A stretch of DNA of 64,000 nucleotides from an uncultured Pseudomonadota bacterium (GTDB taxonomy: Bacteria; Pseudomonadota; Gammaproteobacteria; Burkholderiales; SG8-39), in contig CAILKO010000043.1 in NCBI GenBank assembly GCA_903834835.1, positions 103,787 through 167,786 on the forward strand, read 5' to 3'. Position 1 is the first letter of the stretch. Each line of letters begins with the position of its first letter. The position numbers and the translations under genes are program-made. Under the pieces are notes generated by a model. The model was given only the letters and a program-made list of their open reading frames with translations, searched no databases and had not been told where the DNA came from. This document shows positions 10,498-23,310 of the stretch, one piece after another.

Positions 10498-12405
10498 ATG
10501 CCTCAGATCAGATTGCCGGACGGTTCCCAGCGCAGCTTTCCGGGGCCGGTGAGCGTCGCGGAAGTGGCGCAGTCCATCGGCGCAGGACTCGCGCGTGCCG
10601 CGCTCGCCGGCCGGCTGGACGGAAAACTTGTGGATACGAGCCATCGCATCGAGACCGACGCGGATCTCGCGATCGTCACCGAGCGCGACCCCGAAGGCGT
10701 GGACATCATCCGCCATTCGAGCGCGCACCTGCTCGCGCATGCGGTGAAGGAACTCTTCCCCGATGCGCAGGTGACCATCGGCCCGGTGATCGACAATGGC
10801 TTCTACTACGATTTCTCCTACAAGCGCCCGTTCACGCCCGAGGACCTCGCGGCGATCGAGAAGCGCATGCTTGAAATCTCCAAGCGCGATGTTCCGGTCG
10901 CGCGCAGGCTCATGCCGCGCGACGAGGCGGTGGCGTTTTTTCGCGGACTCGGCGAGGCCTACAAGGCCGAGATCATCGCGTCCATCCCTTCGAACGAACC
11001 GATATCGCTCTACGAGCAGGGCAATTTCGTGGATCTGTGCCGGGGGCCGCACGTGCCCTCGACCGGCAAGCTCAAGGTCTTCAAGCTCATGCGTCTTGCC
11101 GGCGCCTACTGGCGCGGCGACTCGAAGAACGAAATGCTGCAGCGGGTCTACGGTACGGCCTGGGGTCGCAAGGAGGACCAGGACGCCTATCTGAAGATGC
11201 TGGAGGAGGCCGAGAAGCGCGACCATCGCCGACTCGGCACCCAGCTCGATCTGTTCCACATGCAGGACGAGGCGCCGGGCCTCGTGTTCTGGCATCCGAA
11301 GGGCTGGACGCTCTGGCAGCAGGTCGAGCAGTACATGCGCGGCGTGTATCGCGACAACGGCTATCAGGAAGTGCGCTGCCCGATGATTCTCGACCGCAGC
11401 CTGTGGGAGCGTACCGGTCACTGGGAAAACTACCGCGAGAACATGTTCACCACGGCCTCCGAGAACCGCGACTACGCGGTGAAGCCGATGAACTGTCCCG
11501 GGCATCTGATGATCTATACCAAGGGCGTGCGCAGCTATCGCGAACTGCCCTACCGGCTCGGTGAATTCGGTTCCTGCCATCGCAACGAGCCCTCGGGCGC
11601 GCTGCACGGTCTCATGCGGGTGCGCGGCTTTACCCAGGATGACGGCCACATTTTCTGCACCGAGGACCAGATACTCGACGAGTGCAGCGCTTTCACGCGG
11701 GTCCTTCAGGCGGTCTACGCGGATTTCGGCTTCAGCAATGTGATCTACAAGGTGGCGACCCGTCCGGCCAAGCGGATCGGGGCGGACGAACTCTGGGACA
11801 AGGCCGAACAGGCGCTGATGGAATCCCTGCGGCGCTCGAGGGTCGAGTTCGAGGTGACGCCGGGGGAAGGCGCGTTCTACGGGCCGAAGATCGAGTATTC
11901 GCTGAAGGACGCGATCGGCCGGGTCTGGCAGTGCGGCACGATCCAGGTGGACTTCAACATGCCGGGGCGCCTCGGCGCCGAGTATGTCGCAGAAGACAAT
12001 ACGCGGCGCACCCCCGTGATGCTGCATCGGGCGGTGGTCGGCTCGATGGAACGCTTCCTCGGGATTCTGATCGAGAACCACGCCGGCGCATTCCCGCTCT
12101 GGCTGGCGCCGGAGCAGGTGGTGGTCATGAATATCACCGAGCGGCAGGCCGACTACGCGGGGGAAGTTGCCCGCCAGTTGCGTGGAGCGGGCTTCCGGGT
12201 GGCGGCAGATTTGCGGAACGAAAAAATTTCCTATAAGATTCGGGAACATAGCTTGCAGAAACTGCCCTACCAGCTGGTCGTGGGGGACAAGGAAATGCAG
12301 GCTGGATCTGTAGCGGTACGCACGCGCGGTGGCGAAGATCTCGGGGCCATGCCCCTTGCTCAGTTCATCGCGAGGCTGTCCAGCGAAGTGGCAGCACGCG
12401 CGTAA
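10498..12405 (+). CDS. thrS: Threonine--tRNA ligase
   Basis: [13 protein letters not shown] domain, [23 protein letters not shown]; synteny with infC. Confidence 0.98.
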   Translation: MPQIRLPDGSQRSFPGPVSVAEVAQSIGAGLARAALAGRLDGKLVDTSHRIETDADLAIVTERDPEGVDIIRHSSAHLLAHAVKELFPDAQVTIGPVIDNGFYYDFSYKRPFTPEDLAAIEKRMLEISKRDVPVARRLMPRDEAVAFFRGLGEAYKAEIIASIPSNEPISLYEQGNFVDLCRGPHVPSTGKLKVFKLMRLAGAYWRGDSKNEMLQRVYGTAWGRKEDQDAYLKMLEEAEKRDHRRLGTQLDLFHMQDEAPGLVFWHPKGWTLWQQVEQYMRGVYRDNGYQEVRCPMILDRSLWERTGHWENYRENMFTTASENRDYAVKPMNCPGHLMIYTKGVRSYRELPYRLGEFGSCHRNEPSGALHGLMRVRGFTQDDGHIFCTEDQILDECSAFTRVLQAVYADFGFSNVIYKVATRPAKRIGADELWDKAEQALMESLRRSRVEFEVTPGEGAFYGPKIEYSLKDAIGRVWQCGTIQVDFNMPGRLGAEYVAEDNTRRTPVMLHRAVVGSMERFLGILIENHAGAFPLWLAPEQVVVMNITERQADYAGEVARQLRGAGFRVAADLRNEKISYKIREHSLQKLPYQLVVGDKEMQAGSVAVRTRGGEDLGAMPLAQFIARLSSEVAARA

Positions 12406-12597
12406 TCCTGAATCCTGCTGACGCGGTAGTGCGCCGGTCCGGGGCGGTACGGGACCGGGCAGGGCGTCATCACAGTGTGGCAACGGTTGCAGTACCGGAA
12501 TGCGTGGCGCGCCTCGAGCGCGCACGGTTCCGCGGGAAGCGTTTCCCGGACGGTAAGCGGACGCCGGCAAGTTACCGCGTTTAGAGGAGATACCCTC

Positions 12598-13239
12598 ATC
12601 GCACTCGAAAAGGCGCAGCGGCTCAACGGAGAGATCAACGCTCCCGAGGTCCGTCTGGTAGGAGAAAAGGGCGAGCAGCTCGGGATCGTTTCGATCGCCG
12701 AGGCTCAGCGGCTGGCGCAGGAGAAGGATGTCGATCTGGTTGAGATCGCTCCGACCGCCCAGCCCCCGGTATGCAAGCTGATGGACTTCGGCAAGTTCCG
12801 CTATCAGGAGCAGAAGCGGGCGCATGAGGCGAAGCTCAAGCAGAAGCAGATCCAGGTCAAGGAAATCAAGTTCCGGCCGCGCACGGACGAGGGTGATTAC
12901 AAGATCAAGGTCGGCAGGCTGACCGAGTTTCTGGAAGAGGGCGACAAGGTCAAGGTGACCCTGCGCTTCCGGGGCCGTGAAATGGCTCACCAGGAATTCG
13001 GCTTCAGAGTGCTGGAGCGGGTGAAGGCCGATCTCGAGCCCTATGGCCAGGTCGAGCAGTTCCCGAAGATGGAAGGCCGGCAGATGGTGATGGTCATCGC
13101 GCCGAAGAAGAAGATCACTACGGTGGTCCGGCCGAAGAAGGCGCGCTCGCACGACGATGCGCCGGCCGAAATGACGAGGGCGGAAGCGAAGCCGGCCGAA
13201 GCGAAGCCGGCGGAAGAGAACCCGGCGCCGGCAGCCTGA
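12598..13239 (+). CDS. infC: Translation initiation factor IF-3 (probable non-canonical ATC start)
   Basis: GAGGAG then ATC GCA CTC GAA; RLNGEI...[11 protein letters not shown]...KEIKFRP...FRGRE. Confidence 0.95.
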   Translation: MALEKAQRLNGEINAPEVRLVGEKGEQLGIVSIAEAQRLAQEKDVDLVEIAPTAQPPVCKLMDFGKFRYQEQKRAHEAKLKQKQIQVKEIKFRPRTDEGDYKIKVGRLTEFLEEGDKVKVTLRFRGREMAHQEFGFRVLERVKADLEPYGQVEQFPKMEGRQMVMVIAPKKKITTVVRPKKARSHDDAPAEMTRAEAKPAEAKPAEENPAPAA

Positions 13240-13387
13240 GAGCGCCGGCCGCAACGATGAATTTGCGCCGCGAGGCGCAAAGGGGCCCGGCCTGGATGCC
13301 GGGTTCAGAAGAAGTGATGTCCGAGGTAGTTGAAGCGTCCGCGTCGCGGGCCACCCGGCGTCAAGCTAAAAGAGAGAAGGAAGCATC

Positions 13388-13588
13388 ATGCCAAAAGTGA
13401 AGACCAAGAAGAGCGCGTCCAAGCGCTTCAAGGTCCGTCCGGGCGGAACCATCAAGCGTTCCCAGGCCTACAAGCGCCACATCCTGACCAAGAAGTCACC
13501 GAAGCGCATCCGTCAGCTGCGCGGCACCGCGAACGTCCACGACACCAACATGAAGGCAGTGATGGCCATGCTGCCTTATGCCGGGTAA
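13388..13588 (+). CDS. rpmI: 50S ribosomal protein L35
   Basis: [14 protein letters not shown]...RHILTKK. Confidence 0.98.
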   Translation: MPKVKTKKSASKRFKVRPGGTIKRSQAYKRHILTKKSPKRIRQLRGTANVHDTNMKAVMAMLPYAG

Positions 13589-13597
13589 GGAGCCGCC

Positions 13598-15119
<1,522 letters not shown>

Positions 15120-15121
15120 TC

Positions 15122-17503
15122 ATGCAGATACCCGAAAGCTGGCTGCGCAGTCTCGTGAACCCGCCGCTCTCCGGCGAGGCGCTCGCGGAGCTGCTGACGA
15201 TGTCCGGTCTGGAAGTCGAGGAGCGGCGCTCGCTCGGCAATTTCACCGGCATCGTGGTCGCCGAAGTAGTGGCGACGGAAAAGCACCCCAATGCGGACAA
15301 GCTCACGATCTGCCGCGTCGATACAGGCAGCGAAGTGCTGCAGATCGTCTGCGGCGCGCCGAACGTGCGCGCGGGGCTCAAGGCGCCGCTTGCCATGCTA
15401 GGCGCGAAACTGCCCGATGGCATGGAGATCAAGAAGGCAAAGATGCGCGGCGTGGAGAGCTTCGGCATGCTCTGCTCGGCGCGCGAGCTCGGCCTCACGC
15501 AGGATCATGCTGGTCTCCTGGAACTCGATGCGGGCGCTGAAAAAGGCACCGACCTGCGCGCGCTGCTCGGGCTGGACGAAGCGCTGCTGACGCTCAAGCT
15601 CACGCCGAACCGGGCGGACTGCCTGTCGATACTCGGGGTGGCGCGCGAAGTCTCGGCGCTCACCGGGGTGCCGCTCGTGGCGCCCGAGATCACGCCGGTG
15701 GCTGCCGTGAACGACGCGCGGCTCGCGGTGCAGGTGCGCGCGCCGGATCTCTGCGGCCGCTTCTCCGGCCGCGTGATGAAGAACGTGAATGCGCGTGCCG
15801 CCACGCCGGACTGGATGAAGCGCCGGCTCGAGCGCGCCGGACAGCGCCCGATCTCGGCGCTCGTCGATATCTCGAACTACGTGATGCTCGAACTCGGTCG
15901 CCCGACCCACATCTTCGATCTGGACAAGGTGAAGGGCGAGCTTGAAGTGCGCTGGGGCCGCGCGGACGAGAAGGTCGAACTCCTGAACGGCCAGACCGTG
16001 GCGCTCGCGCCCGATGTCGGCGTGATCGCCGACGCATCGGGCGTGGAGGCGATCGCCGGCATCATGGGCGGTGCGGCCACGGCGGTTTCGGACGACACGC
16101 GCAACATCTTCATCGAGGCCGCCTTCTGGTGGCCCGAGGCGATTGCAGGCCGTGCGCGACGCTACAACTTTTCCACCGAGGCGGCGCATCGTTTCGAGCG
16201 CGGCGTGGATTTCGCGACCACCGTGCTGCATATCGAACGGGTCACGCGTCTGGTGCTGGACATCTGCGGGGGCGAGCCCGGTCCGATCGACGACCAGGTG
16301 CTCGGCCTGCCCGAGCGCGCGCCGGTGCGCATGCGCGTCGCGCGGGCGCAGAAGGTGATCGGCGTGCCTATTGCCGCCGAGGAGATGGCGGACATCTTCA
16401 GGCGCCTCGGATTCGCGCACGCGCGCGAAGGCGAGAGTTTCGTGGTCACGCCGCCGAGTTTCCGCTTCGATCTGCAGATCGAGGAAGACCTGATCGAAGA
16501 AATCGCGCGTGTGCACGGTTTCGATCGCATCCCGGCCGAGCCGCCTCATGCGGAGGCACGTCTGCGCCTGCCCTCGGAGTCGCGTCGCAGTCTGCATGCG
16601 GTGCGCGAGCGCCTGGCCGCCGCGGACTATGTCGAGGTGATCAATTTCAGTTTCGTCGAACCGCAGCGGGAAGCCGATCTGGCCGGCGAAGAAAACCCGG
16701 TCCGGTTGCTCAACCCGATTGCGAGCCAGCTTTCCGTGATGCGCAGTTCGCTCGCTGGCGGCCTCGTCGCCAACCTGTGCCACAACCTCGCGCGCAAGCT
16801 TGCACGGGTGCGCGTGTTCGAGGTCGGCCGTGTCTTTGCGCGCGATCCGCAGGCGAAGGAGGATGCGCTCGGCGTGGCGGGTATCAGCCAGCCTCTGCGC
16901 GTGGCGGGCGCGGCCTACGGCCCCGCAGTCGATGAGCAGTGGGGTGCCGAGACCCGCGATGTGGATTTCTTCGATGTGAAGGCCGATGTCGAAGCCCTGT
17001 TCGCGCCGCGCGCGCTGCGCTTCGAGGCGGCGCCGCACCCGGCCTTGCACCCCGGGCGCTCGGCGCGGGTCCTCGCCGATGGCCGGGTCGTCGGCTGGAT
17101 CGGGGAGCTGCACCCCAGGTGGCAGCGCAAGTACGATCTGCCGCGTCCGGCGGTGCTGTTCGAGCTCGATGCCGCGGCGCTCGGCGAGAGTCCGATGCCG
17201 GCCGCGAGCCTCCCTTCGCGCTTCCCTCCGGTAGTTCGCGATATCGCGGTGCTGGTCGACGCTGCGGTGCCTGTGCAGGCCCTGCTGGACGCCATGCTGG
17301 CGGCGCGTCCCCCGATCGTCAGCGCGCTCCAGGTGTTCGATCTCTACCAGGGTGACAAGCTCCCAAAAGGGAAAAAAAGCCTTGCTTTCCGGGTAGTTAT
17401 GCAAGATACTGAACGCACCCTCACGGATGCCGAGGCAGACGCCGCAAGCGAGTTTCTGGTGGCCCTGCTGGGTCGGGAATTTGCCGCTTCACTGCGGACC
17501 TGA
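15122..17503 (+). CDS. pheT: Phenylalanine--tRNA ligase beta subunit
   Basis: HPNADKL, IVCGAPN, LTPNRADCLS, RFERGVD, C-terminal FDX-ACB domain. Confidence 0.98.
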   Translation: MQIPESWLRSLVNPPLSGEALAELLTMSGLEVEERRSLGNFTGIVVAEVVATEKHPNADKLTICRVDTGSEVLQIVCGAPNVRAGLKAPLAMLGAKLPDGMEIKKAKMRGVESFGMLCSARELGLTQDHAGLLELDAGAEKGTDLRALLGLDEALLTLKLTPNRADCLSILGVAREVSALTGVPLVAPEITPVAAVNDARLAVQVRAPDLCGRFSGRVMKNVNARAATPDWMKRRLERAGQRPISALVDISNYVMLELGRPTHIFDLDKVKGELEVRWGRADEKVELLNGQTVALAPDVGVIADASGVEAIAGIMGGAATAVSDDTRNIFIEAAFWWPEAIAGRARRYNFSTEAAHRFERGVDFATTVLHIERVTRLVLDICGGEPGPIDDQVLGLPERAPVRMRVARAQKVIGVPIAAEEMADIFRRLGFAHAREGESFVVTPPSFRFDLQIEEDLIEEIARVHGFDRIPAEPPHAEARLRLPSESRRSLHAVRERLAAADYVEVINFSFVEPQREADLAGEENPVRLLNPIASQLSVMRSSLAGGLVANLCHNLARKLARVRVFEVGRVFARDPQAKEDALGVAGISQPLRVAGAAYGPAVDEQWGAETRDVDFFDVKADVEALFAPRALRFEAAPHPALHPGRSARVLADGRVVGWIGELHPRWQRKYDLPRPAVLFELDAAALGESPMPAASLPSRFPPVVRDIAVLVDAAVPVQALLDAMLAARPPIVSALQVFDLYQGDKLPKGKKSLAFRVVMQDTERTLTDAEADAASEFLVALLGREFAASLRT

Positions 17504-17557
17504 CGGCGTGACGGCGGGGAAGAAAGCAGGGAAAGAAGAAAGGGTCAGGGAGTGGGG

Positions 17558-17869
17558 ATGACGCTTACAAAGGCTGAACTGGCTGACCTGTTGTTCGAAA
17601 AGGTCGGTCTGAACAAGCGCGAAGCGAAGGACATGGTCGAGGCGTTCTTCGAGGAGATTCGCGGTGCGCTGGAGCGCGGCGAAAGCGTCAAGCTCTCGGG
17701 TTTCGGCAATTTCCAGTTGCGCGACAAGCCGCAGCGTCCGGGACGCAATCCCAAGACCGGCGAGGAAATTCCCATTTCCGCGCGCCGTGTCGTCACCTTC
17801 CACGCGAGCCAGAAGCTGAAAGCCATGGTTGAAAAGGCGCGCCATGGCAACGAATCGAAAGAAGGCTGA
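17558..17869 (+). CDS. ihfA: Integration host factor alpha
   Basis: TLTKAEL...VKLSGFGNF...[10 protein letters not shown]; follows pheT. Confidence 0.97.
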   Translation: MTLTKAELADLLFEKVGLNKREAKDMVEAFFEEIRGALERGESVKLSGFGNFQLRDKPQRPGRNPKTGEEIPISARRVVTFHASQKLKAMVEKARHGNESKEG

Positions 17870-18227
17870 ACTCCCTCCGATACCCGCCAAGCGCTACTTC
17901 ACCATCGGTGAGGTAAGCGAGCTTTGCGGCGTCAAGCCCCATGTGCTGCGCTACTGGGAGCAGGAGTTCACGCAGCTGAAACCGGTGAAGCGCCGTGGCA
18001 ACCGGCGCTACTACCAGCACCACGAAGTCCTGCTCATCCGTCGTATCCGCGGCCTGCTCTACGAAGAAGGCTTCACCATCAGCGGGGCGCGTAACCGGCT
18101 CGATAGCGGGCTGGGCGGCGCCGAGCCTGAAACGCAGCGTCCGGCACCTGCGCCCGCCGCGGGCGAAGTGGACCTCAAGGAACTGAAGCGCGAATTGCGC
18201 GAACTGCTCGATACGCTCGGGAAGTAG
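17844..18227 (+). CDS. MerR-family transcriptional regulator
   Basis: [29 protein letters not shown]; usual neighbour of ihfA. Confidence 0.93.
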   Translation: MATNRKKAELPPIPAKRYFTIGEVSELCGVKPHVLRYWEQEFTQLKPVKRRGNRRYYQHHEVLLIRRIRGLLYEEGFTISGARNRLDSGLGGAEPETQRPAPAPAAGEVDLKELKRELRELLDTLGK

Positions 18228-18255
18228 GGCAGGAGAATCGGGGCTTTCGGGATAG

Positions 18256-18277
18256 ATAGTAACAAATACGTTACTAT
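18256..18277. repeat. AT-rich palindrome, copy 1 (ATAGTAAC-AAATAC-GTTACTAT)
   Basis: 8-bp perfect arms and 6-bp spacer; recurs at 23934 and 34614. Confidence 0.8.
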
Positions 18278-18369
18278 TTATTCCGTATCGATCCAGGATT
18301 CTCCCCTCGCGCCTCCGCGCATCAAAAATCGGATACCGCAGTACGCACGGCAGGCTAAAATGGGCGCTT

Positions 18370-18446
<77 letters not shown>

Positions 18447-18468
18447 GAATTCAGGATGGAAGCAGATC

Positions 18469-18494
18469 AAAAGGCCGCAGCGATGCGGCCTTTT
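18469..18494. terminator. Bidirectional intrinsic terminator
   Basis: AAAAGGCCGCA-gcga-TGCGGCCTTTT between tRNA and a convergent CDS. Confidence 0.85.
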
Positions 18495-18514
18495 GCATTT
18501 CCGCTTTCGTCGAT

Positions 18515-19951
18515 CTAGGTCGAGTCATCCTTCACTCCCATCATCCGCCGTTGCACCTTGCCCGTCCCGGTGCGCGGGAAGCGATCGAAGAACGCGACTT
18601 TCACGTCTCCGAGACTGCTCTTGAGTTCGGCCGTAATGCGGCGGCGCAGGGCGGCCCTGGGTGCGGTGGCGGGCTGTTCGATGCAGACGACGACGGTGTC
18701 CCGCTGGGCGAGCAGCACGCAATCGAGCACGCCATCGATCTGCTTGATTGACTGCTCCCAGGGCGCGGGTGCGAGCTTGATGCCACCGACGTTCAGCACG
18801 TCGTCGCCGCGTCCCAGCAGCTCGAGCACACCCGGTCCCGTCATGCGTCCCAGATCGTTCGACAGGAACCAGCCGTCGCGAAAGTGGCGCGCGCTGAGTT
18901 CGGGTTCATTCAGATAGGCAAGCGTGTTCTGCGGACTTTTAACGGCGATGAGGCCGGTTTCGCCGGCTGGAAGTTCACTACCGTCCGCGGCGCGGATCTT
19001 TACTTCGACGCCGGGGTAGATGAGGCACCTGCCGTCCGCAGTCGATTCCGCGATCTGGCCGGTTTCGTTGGCGGAGTAGGAATTCACCACGCGATCGGCG
19101 AGGGTGGATTCGAGCCAGCGGCGGTTCGCGAGCGGCAGGGCCGCCCCGAGTACCCGGACGGAGTCGAGGCGGCACTGGAACGGCGCCTCGGCGTGCATGC
19201 GTGCCAGCAGTTCGACATCGCGCAGCAGCAGCGGCGCGTGGGAGTGCGGTCTTTGCTGAGCTTCCGCCGGAAACGCCTGCAGGGTCGAAAAGACGGTGCA
19301 TCCCCCGCGGTTCATCGCTGCAACCGCTGCGACGTAGGCGGCACCCACCGTCAGGTCATACAGGGAAATCAGATCGGTGACCGGCGGCTGGAAATACATC
19401 TGCCCGATCAGGCGGATCTGGCTGCACACGCCGGCCCAGGTTTCGCAAAAGAATTTCTTGCCGCCGGTCGTCGCGGAGGTGCTGCCGAGGAATGCGATTT
19501 CCTCTTCGCCGCGAGCGCGCGCAAGGCGTCCCAGGTCGGCAGGGCTTGCGGGCGCTTGCGTAATTTCGCGGATGACATCGGGTGTTATCGGGACGCAGCG
19601 GATGCCGGCGGGCGGCGTCAGATCCATGCGATCAGCGAGCAGGACGTCGCAATGCGCAAGGGCACGGTCGGAGGTCGCAGCGGACGGCGCAAGATGCGCT
19701 GCGGCGGCACCGATGACTTCCAGCGCGAATGCGAGGACCAGTCGCAGATAGCGGTCCTCGCAGGCGACCGCGACCATCATCCCCTGCGCGATGCCGCGCT
19801 CTTCGAGCGCGCGCGCGAATCCGGCGATGTGCGTGGTGAGATCGCGATAGCAGTGGCTGCGCTTGCGCCAGACGACAGCGATGCTGTCGGGCCTGTCACG
19901 CGCCCAGCGCAGCGCGGCCTGCCCGGCTGTCAGGATGCTGTTCGGAGACAT
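18515..19951 (-). CDS. Class I adenylate-forming (AMP-binding) enzyme, divergent
   Basis: GSTSATTGGKK P-loop, NSYSANETG, GWFLSNDLG, GRGDDVLNVGGIK, FPRTGTGKVQR; start taken at MSPNS. Confidence 0.8.
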   Translation of the reverse strand: MSPNSILTAGQAALRWARDRPDSIAVVWRKRSHCYRDLTTHIAGFARALEERGIAQGMMVAVACEDRYLRLVLAFALEVIGAAAAHLAPSAATSDRALAHCDVLLADRMDLTPPAGIRCVPITPDVIREITQAPASPADLGRLARARGEEEIAFLGSTSATTGGKKFFCETWAGVCSQIRLIGQMYFQPPVTDLISLYDLTVGAAYVAAVAAMNRGGCTVFSTLQAFPAEAQQRPHSHAPLLLRDVELLARMHAEAPFQCRLDSVRVLGAALPLANRRWLESTLADRVVNSYSANETGQIAESTADGRCLIYPGVEVKIRAADGSELPAGETGLIAVKSPQNTLAYLNEPELSARHFRDGWFLSNDLGRMTGPGVLELLGRGDDVLNVGGIKLAPAPWEQSIKQIDGVLDCVLLAQRDTVVVCIEQPATAPRAALRRRITAELKSSLGDVKVAFFDRFPRTGTGKVQRRMMGVKDDST

Positions 19952-20174
19952 GGCTGGGGGCAGGTCATGGATATTGTCTTTACTGCACGATTGCGGCGTC
20001 GATGATACGCAAGTGTGCGGCGTCGCCGAACGTTTGCGGGCCACCATGTGGAACGAGAAGCGCCGCCAATTGACATCAAGCGCCGCTGCGGCGACCATCG
20101 CAGGCCGGCCAAGGGCCCCCCTCCGCAGGGGGCATGCGGTTCCTGGTCCCCTCAGCGTCTTATAGGAGAAACAC

Positions 20175-21005
20175 ATGGCAGGTCTGGACCCCAAGCAGGC
20201 GGGCAGAGTTCGTCTCAAGGACAAGGTATGCGTCGTGACCGGCGCGGGCCAGGGTATCGGGCGCGCGGTGGCCCGGCGCCTGGGCGACGAGGGCGGCAAG
20301 ATCGTCGTCGCGGAGCGCGTCGACGAGAGCGCTACCCGGACGACGGAAGAACTTACCAAGAGCGGCATCACGGCGATCAAGGCGCTTGCGGACGTGAGCA
20401 CCTACTCGGGCGCGCAGAGCCTGATGAAGACCGCCCTGGACGCCTTCGGGCGGGTCGACGTGCTCGTCAATAACGTCGGTGGCACGATCTGGATCCAGCC
20501 CTTCCATGAGTTCACCGAGGAGCAGATCCATCTCGAGCTGCAGCGCAGCCTGCACACGACGCTGTTCTGCTGCCACGCGGTGCTGCCGATCATGATCAAG
20601 CAGCAGGGCGGGTCGATCGTGAACGTCGGCTCGCAGTCGCCGCGCGGACTCTATCGACTGCCCTATGCGACCTCCAAGGGCGGGGTCATCGCGATGACCA
20701 AGGTGCTCGCGATGGAATACGGCCGCTACAACATCCGCGTGAACTGCGTCTCGCCGGGCGGCACCGCCGTGAACGACATGGTGACCACGCGTCTTACGAT
20801 CAAACCGGGCGAAGTGGCCAAGGCGCCGGAGTCGGAGCAGTACAAGGGCTACCGCGAAGAGATGTACAACGACATCCGCAACCAGCAGGCACTGAAGCGC
20901 TCCGGTACGCCGGACGAGCAGGCCGCGGCCATCGCCTTCCTCGCCTCCGACGATGCGTCGTTCATCACGGGTGATGTGATCAACTGCAGCGGCGGCCAGG
21001 GCTAG
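20175..21005 (+). CDS. SDR oxidoreductase, BenD/XylL (cis-diol dehydrogenase)-like
   Basis: TGAGQGIG, NNVGGTIW, YATSK; AGGAG RBS. Confidence 0.85.
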   Translation: MAGLDPKQAGRVRLKDKVCVVTGAGQGIGRAVARRLGDEGGKIVVAERVDESATRTTEELTKSGITAIKALADVSTYSGAQSLMKTALDAFGRVDVLVNNVGGTIWIQPFHEFTEEQIHLELQRSLHTTLFCCHAVLPIMIKQQGGSIVNVGSQSPRGLYRLPYATSKGGVIAMTKVLAMEYGRYNIRVNCVSPGGTAVNDMVTTRLTIKPGEVAKAPESEQYKGYREEMYNDIRNQQALKRSGTPDEQAAAIAFLASDDASFITGDVINCSGGQG

Positions 21006-21031
21006 CCTGACGGGAGTTCAGGAGGGGGAGC

Positions 21032-22651
21032 ATGTACTGGACCGATGATCGGCCCGATCAGACGCTGGGCAGCGCGCTGGCCGGCGCCGTGGAGCGCTAC
21101 GGCGACAAGGAGGCCTATACCTTCCCGGGTCGCCGGATCAGCTTTCGCGAAGCGGATGCCGAATCGGACAGCGTCGCACGTGCCTGCCTCGCGCTCGGGC
21201 TGAAGCGCGGCGACCGGGTCGGTGTACTGATGGCGAGCCACCCGGAGTGGGTGGCGCTTTATTTCGGTCTCGCGAAGATCGGCGTCTCGATGGTGCCGCT
21301 CAATACGCGCTTCAAGGCCTCCGAAATCGAGTTCGTGCTGAAGAAGTCGGGCGTGAAGGCGCTCTTCTTCCGCAGCAGCGACATGAGCGGCAAGGATTAC
21401 GCCGCGCTGCTCGCCGAAGTCGTGCCCGAACTCGGCGCGTCACGTCCGGGCGAGCTGCACTCGGTGGCGCTGCCGGCCCTGCGCACGGTGGTCGATCTCG
21501 CCGAGCGTCCCGCAGCCGGCACGGTCCCCTATGCGGACTTTCTCGCTGGCGCTTCGGGAACGACCCGGGAGACGCTCGCTGCCGCGAGGCGCGCGGTGCA
21601 GCCGCGCGACGAAGCGCTGGTGCAGTTCACCTCGGGCACGACCTCCTTCCCCAAGGGCGCGATGCTCTACCATGCGGGCATGCTGCGTGGTGCGGCGCAC
21701 TCGATCCGGATCATGCGCGTCGGCGAGCGCGATGCGTATTTTTCGGTGCAGCCCTTCTATCACAGTGGCGGTACGCTCGGCACCATGCTGCCGCCCCTGA
21801 TCTCGGGGTGCCGCGTCGTCACGCTGGTCTACTTCGATACCGGCGATGCGCTCGAAATGATGGAGTCGGAACGCGCGACGGTCGTCGTCGGCCATCAGCC
21901 GCACTACATCGAGTATCTGAACCACCCGAGTTTTCCGCAGCGGCGCCTGACGCTCGAACGGATGTTCATCATTGCCGGTCCGGAAATCTTCAGGATGGTG
22001 AAGGAACGCACGGGCATCGACGCGCTGGTTTCCGGCTACGGCATGACCGAGTCGCATCTCTACGGCACGTACACCACGCTCGACGATCCGGAAGTCCTGC
22101 GCTTCAACACCAATGGTCGCGCGGTCGCGGGCGTGGAGGTGGAGATTCGCGATCCGGATGATGGAGTCACGGTGCTCGGCCCGGACGAGGAAGGCGAGAT
22201 CTTCCTGAAGGTCGAGCATCCGATGCTCGGCTATCTCGATGAGCCGGAACTCACCCGCGAAGTGCTGGACGAAGCCGGCTGGTATCGCAGCGGCGACCAG
22301 GGCGTGCTCGGCGCGAACGGCTACCTGCGCCTGCTCGGGCGGGTGCGGGACATGATCCGGGTCGGCGGCGAGAACCTCGCCGGGGCCGAGGTCGAGGCCT
22401 GCCTGCTGGAGCATCCGGCCGTCAAGCAGGCGGCCGCGGTGCCCGGGCCCGACCCGCGTCTGGGTGAAGTGGTGGTGGCCTTTGTCGAGCTGAAGGACGG
22501 CGCGCCGGCGGACGTCCAGGGGCTGATCGAGCACTGCAAGGCGCGACTCGCGAGCTTCAAGGTGCCGCGGGCCGTGCATTTCGTCACCGAGTGGCCGATG
22601 AGCGGGACCGGCAAGATCCAGAAGCGCCTGCTGCTGAAGTCGCTTTCCTGA
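21032..22651 (+). CDS. Acyl-CoA synthetase / AMP-binding protein
   Basis: FTSGTTSFPKG, GYGMTE, GWYRSGDQG, SGTGKIQK. Confidence 0.92.
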   Translation: MYWTDDRPDQTLGSALAGAVERYGDKEAYTFPGRRISFREADAESDSVARACLALGLKRGDRVGVLMASHPEWVALYFGLAKIGVSMVPLNTRFKASEIEFVLKKSGVKALFFRSSDMSGKDYAALLAEVVPELGASRPGELHSVALPALRTVVDLAERPAAGTVPYADFLAGASGTTRETLAAARRAVQPRDEALVQFTSGTTSFPKGAMLYHAGMLRGAAHSIRIMRVGERDAYFSVQPFYHSGGTLGTMLPPLISGCRVVTLVYFDTGDALEMMESERATVVVGHQPHYIEYLNHPSFPQRRLTLERMFIIAGPEIFRMVKERTGIDALVSGYGMTESHLYGTYTTLDDPEVLRFNTNGRAVAGVEVEIRDPDDGVTVLGPDEEGEIFLKVEHPMLGYLDEPELTREVLDEAGWYRSGDQGVLGANGYLRLLGRVRDMIRVGGENLAGAEVEACLLEHPAVKQAAAVPGPDPRLGEVVVAFVELKDGAPADVQGLIEHCKARLASFKVPRAVHFVTEWPMSGTGKIQKRLLLKSLS

Positions 22652-22786
22652 ACGCGGCGGATGCGAAACCGGTCGGCGTGCGGGCGGCATGCCGGGGAAA
22701 ATCGACTAGTATTGGCGGTCAAGGATTCAGGAGCGGGGCGGCCGGACGCAGCCCTGCCGTATTAACGGAAGAATGAGGAGCCCATC

Positions 22787-23305
22787 ATGGCCGACGTACT
22801 GAAAACCCGGGTCCGCGAACGCGGTCCTACGGAGCACAGCATCTACGAGCGCACGCTGAAGTGGATGGTGGACTGGCGCGAGCGCGCGTTCAAGAAGGCC
22901 ATCGTGCTGAATGGCGACGAGCACGAGTGGGATTCCACCCGCCAGGGGCGGATCAAGTGGTTCATCAACCGCGAGACCGACGACAAGTGCCACGGCGTGC
23001 TGCGCGACTGGAGCGTGTTCCTGCACGACATCAAGACCCACTCGGGCGCGCACCGCCACCAGGGCGGTCTGGTGATCTACGTGATCGAGGGCGAGGGCTA
23101 TACCGAGGTGGACGGGGAGCGCAAGGACTGGCAGGAAGGCGACGCGCTGCTGCTGCCGCTCAAGCCGGACGGCGTGCTGCACAAGCATTTCAACAAGCGC
23201 CCCGGTCAGAAGGCCGTCTGGATCGCGTTCATCTACAGCCCGTACATGGACGAGCTCGGCAAATGGGTCGAGCAGAAGGAAGTCGCGCCCGACTTCCGGG
23301 GATGA
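22787..23305 (+). CDS. Cupin-domain protein, copy 1
   Basis: HSGAHRHQGG...YVIEGEGY...WQEGD...HKHFN cupin motifs. Confidence 0.88.
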   Translation: MADVLKTRVRERGPTEHSIYERTLKWMVDWRERAFKKAIVLNGDEHEWDSTRQGRIKWFINRETDDKCHGVLRDWSVFLHDIKTHSGAHRHQGGLVIYVIEGEGYTEVDGERKDWQEGDALLLPLKPDGVLHKHFNKRPGQKAVWIAFIYSPYMDELGKWVEQKEVAPDFRG

Positions 23306-23310
23306 AGCAA

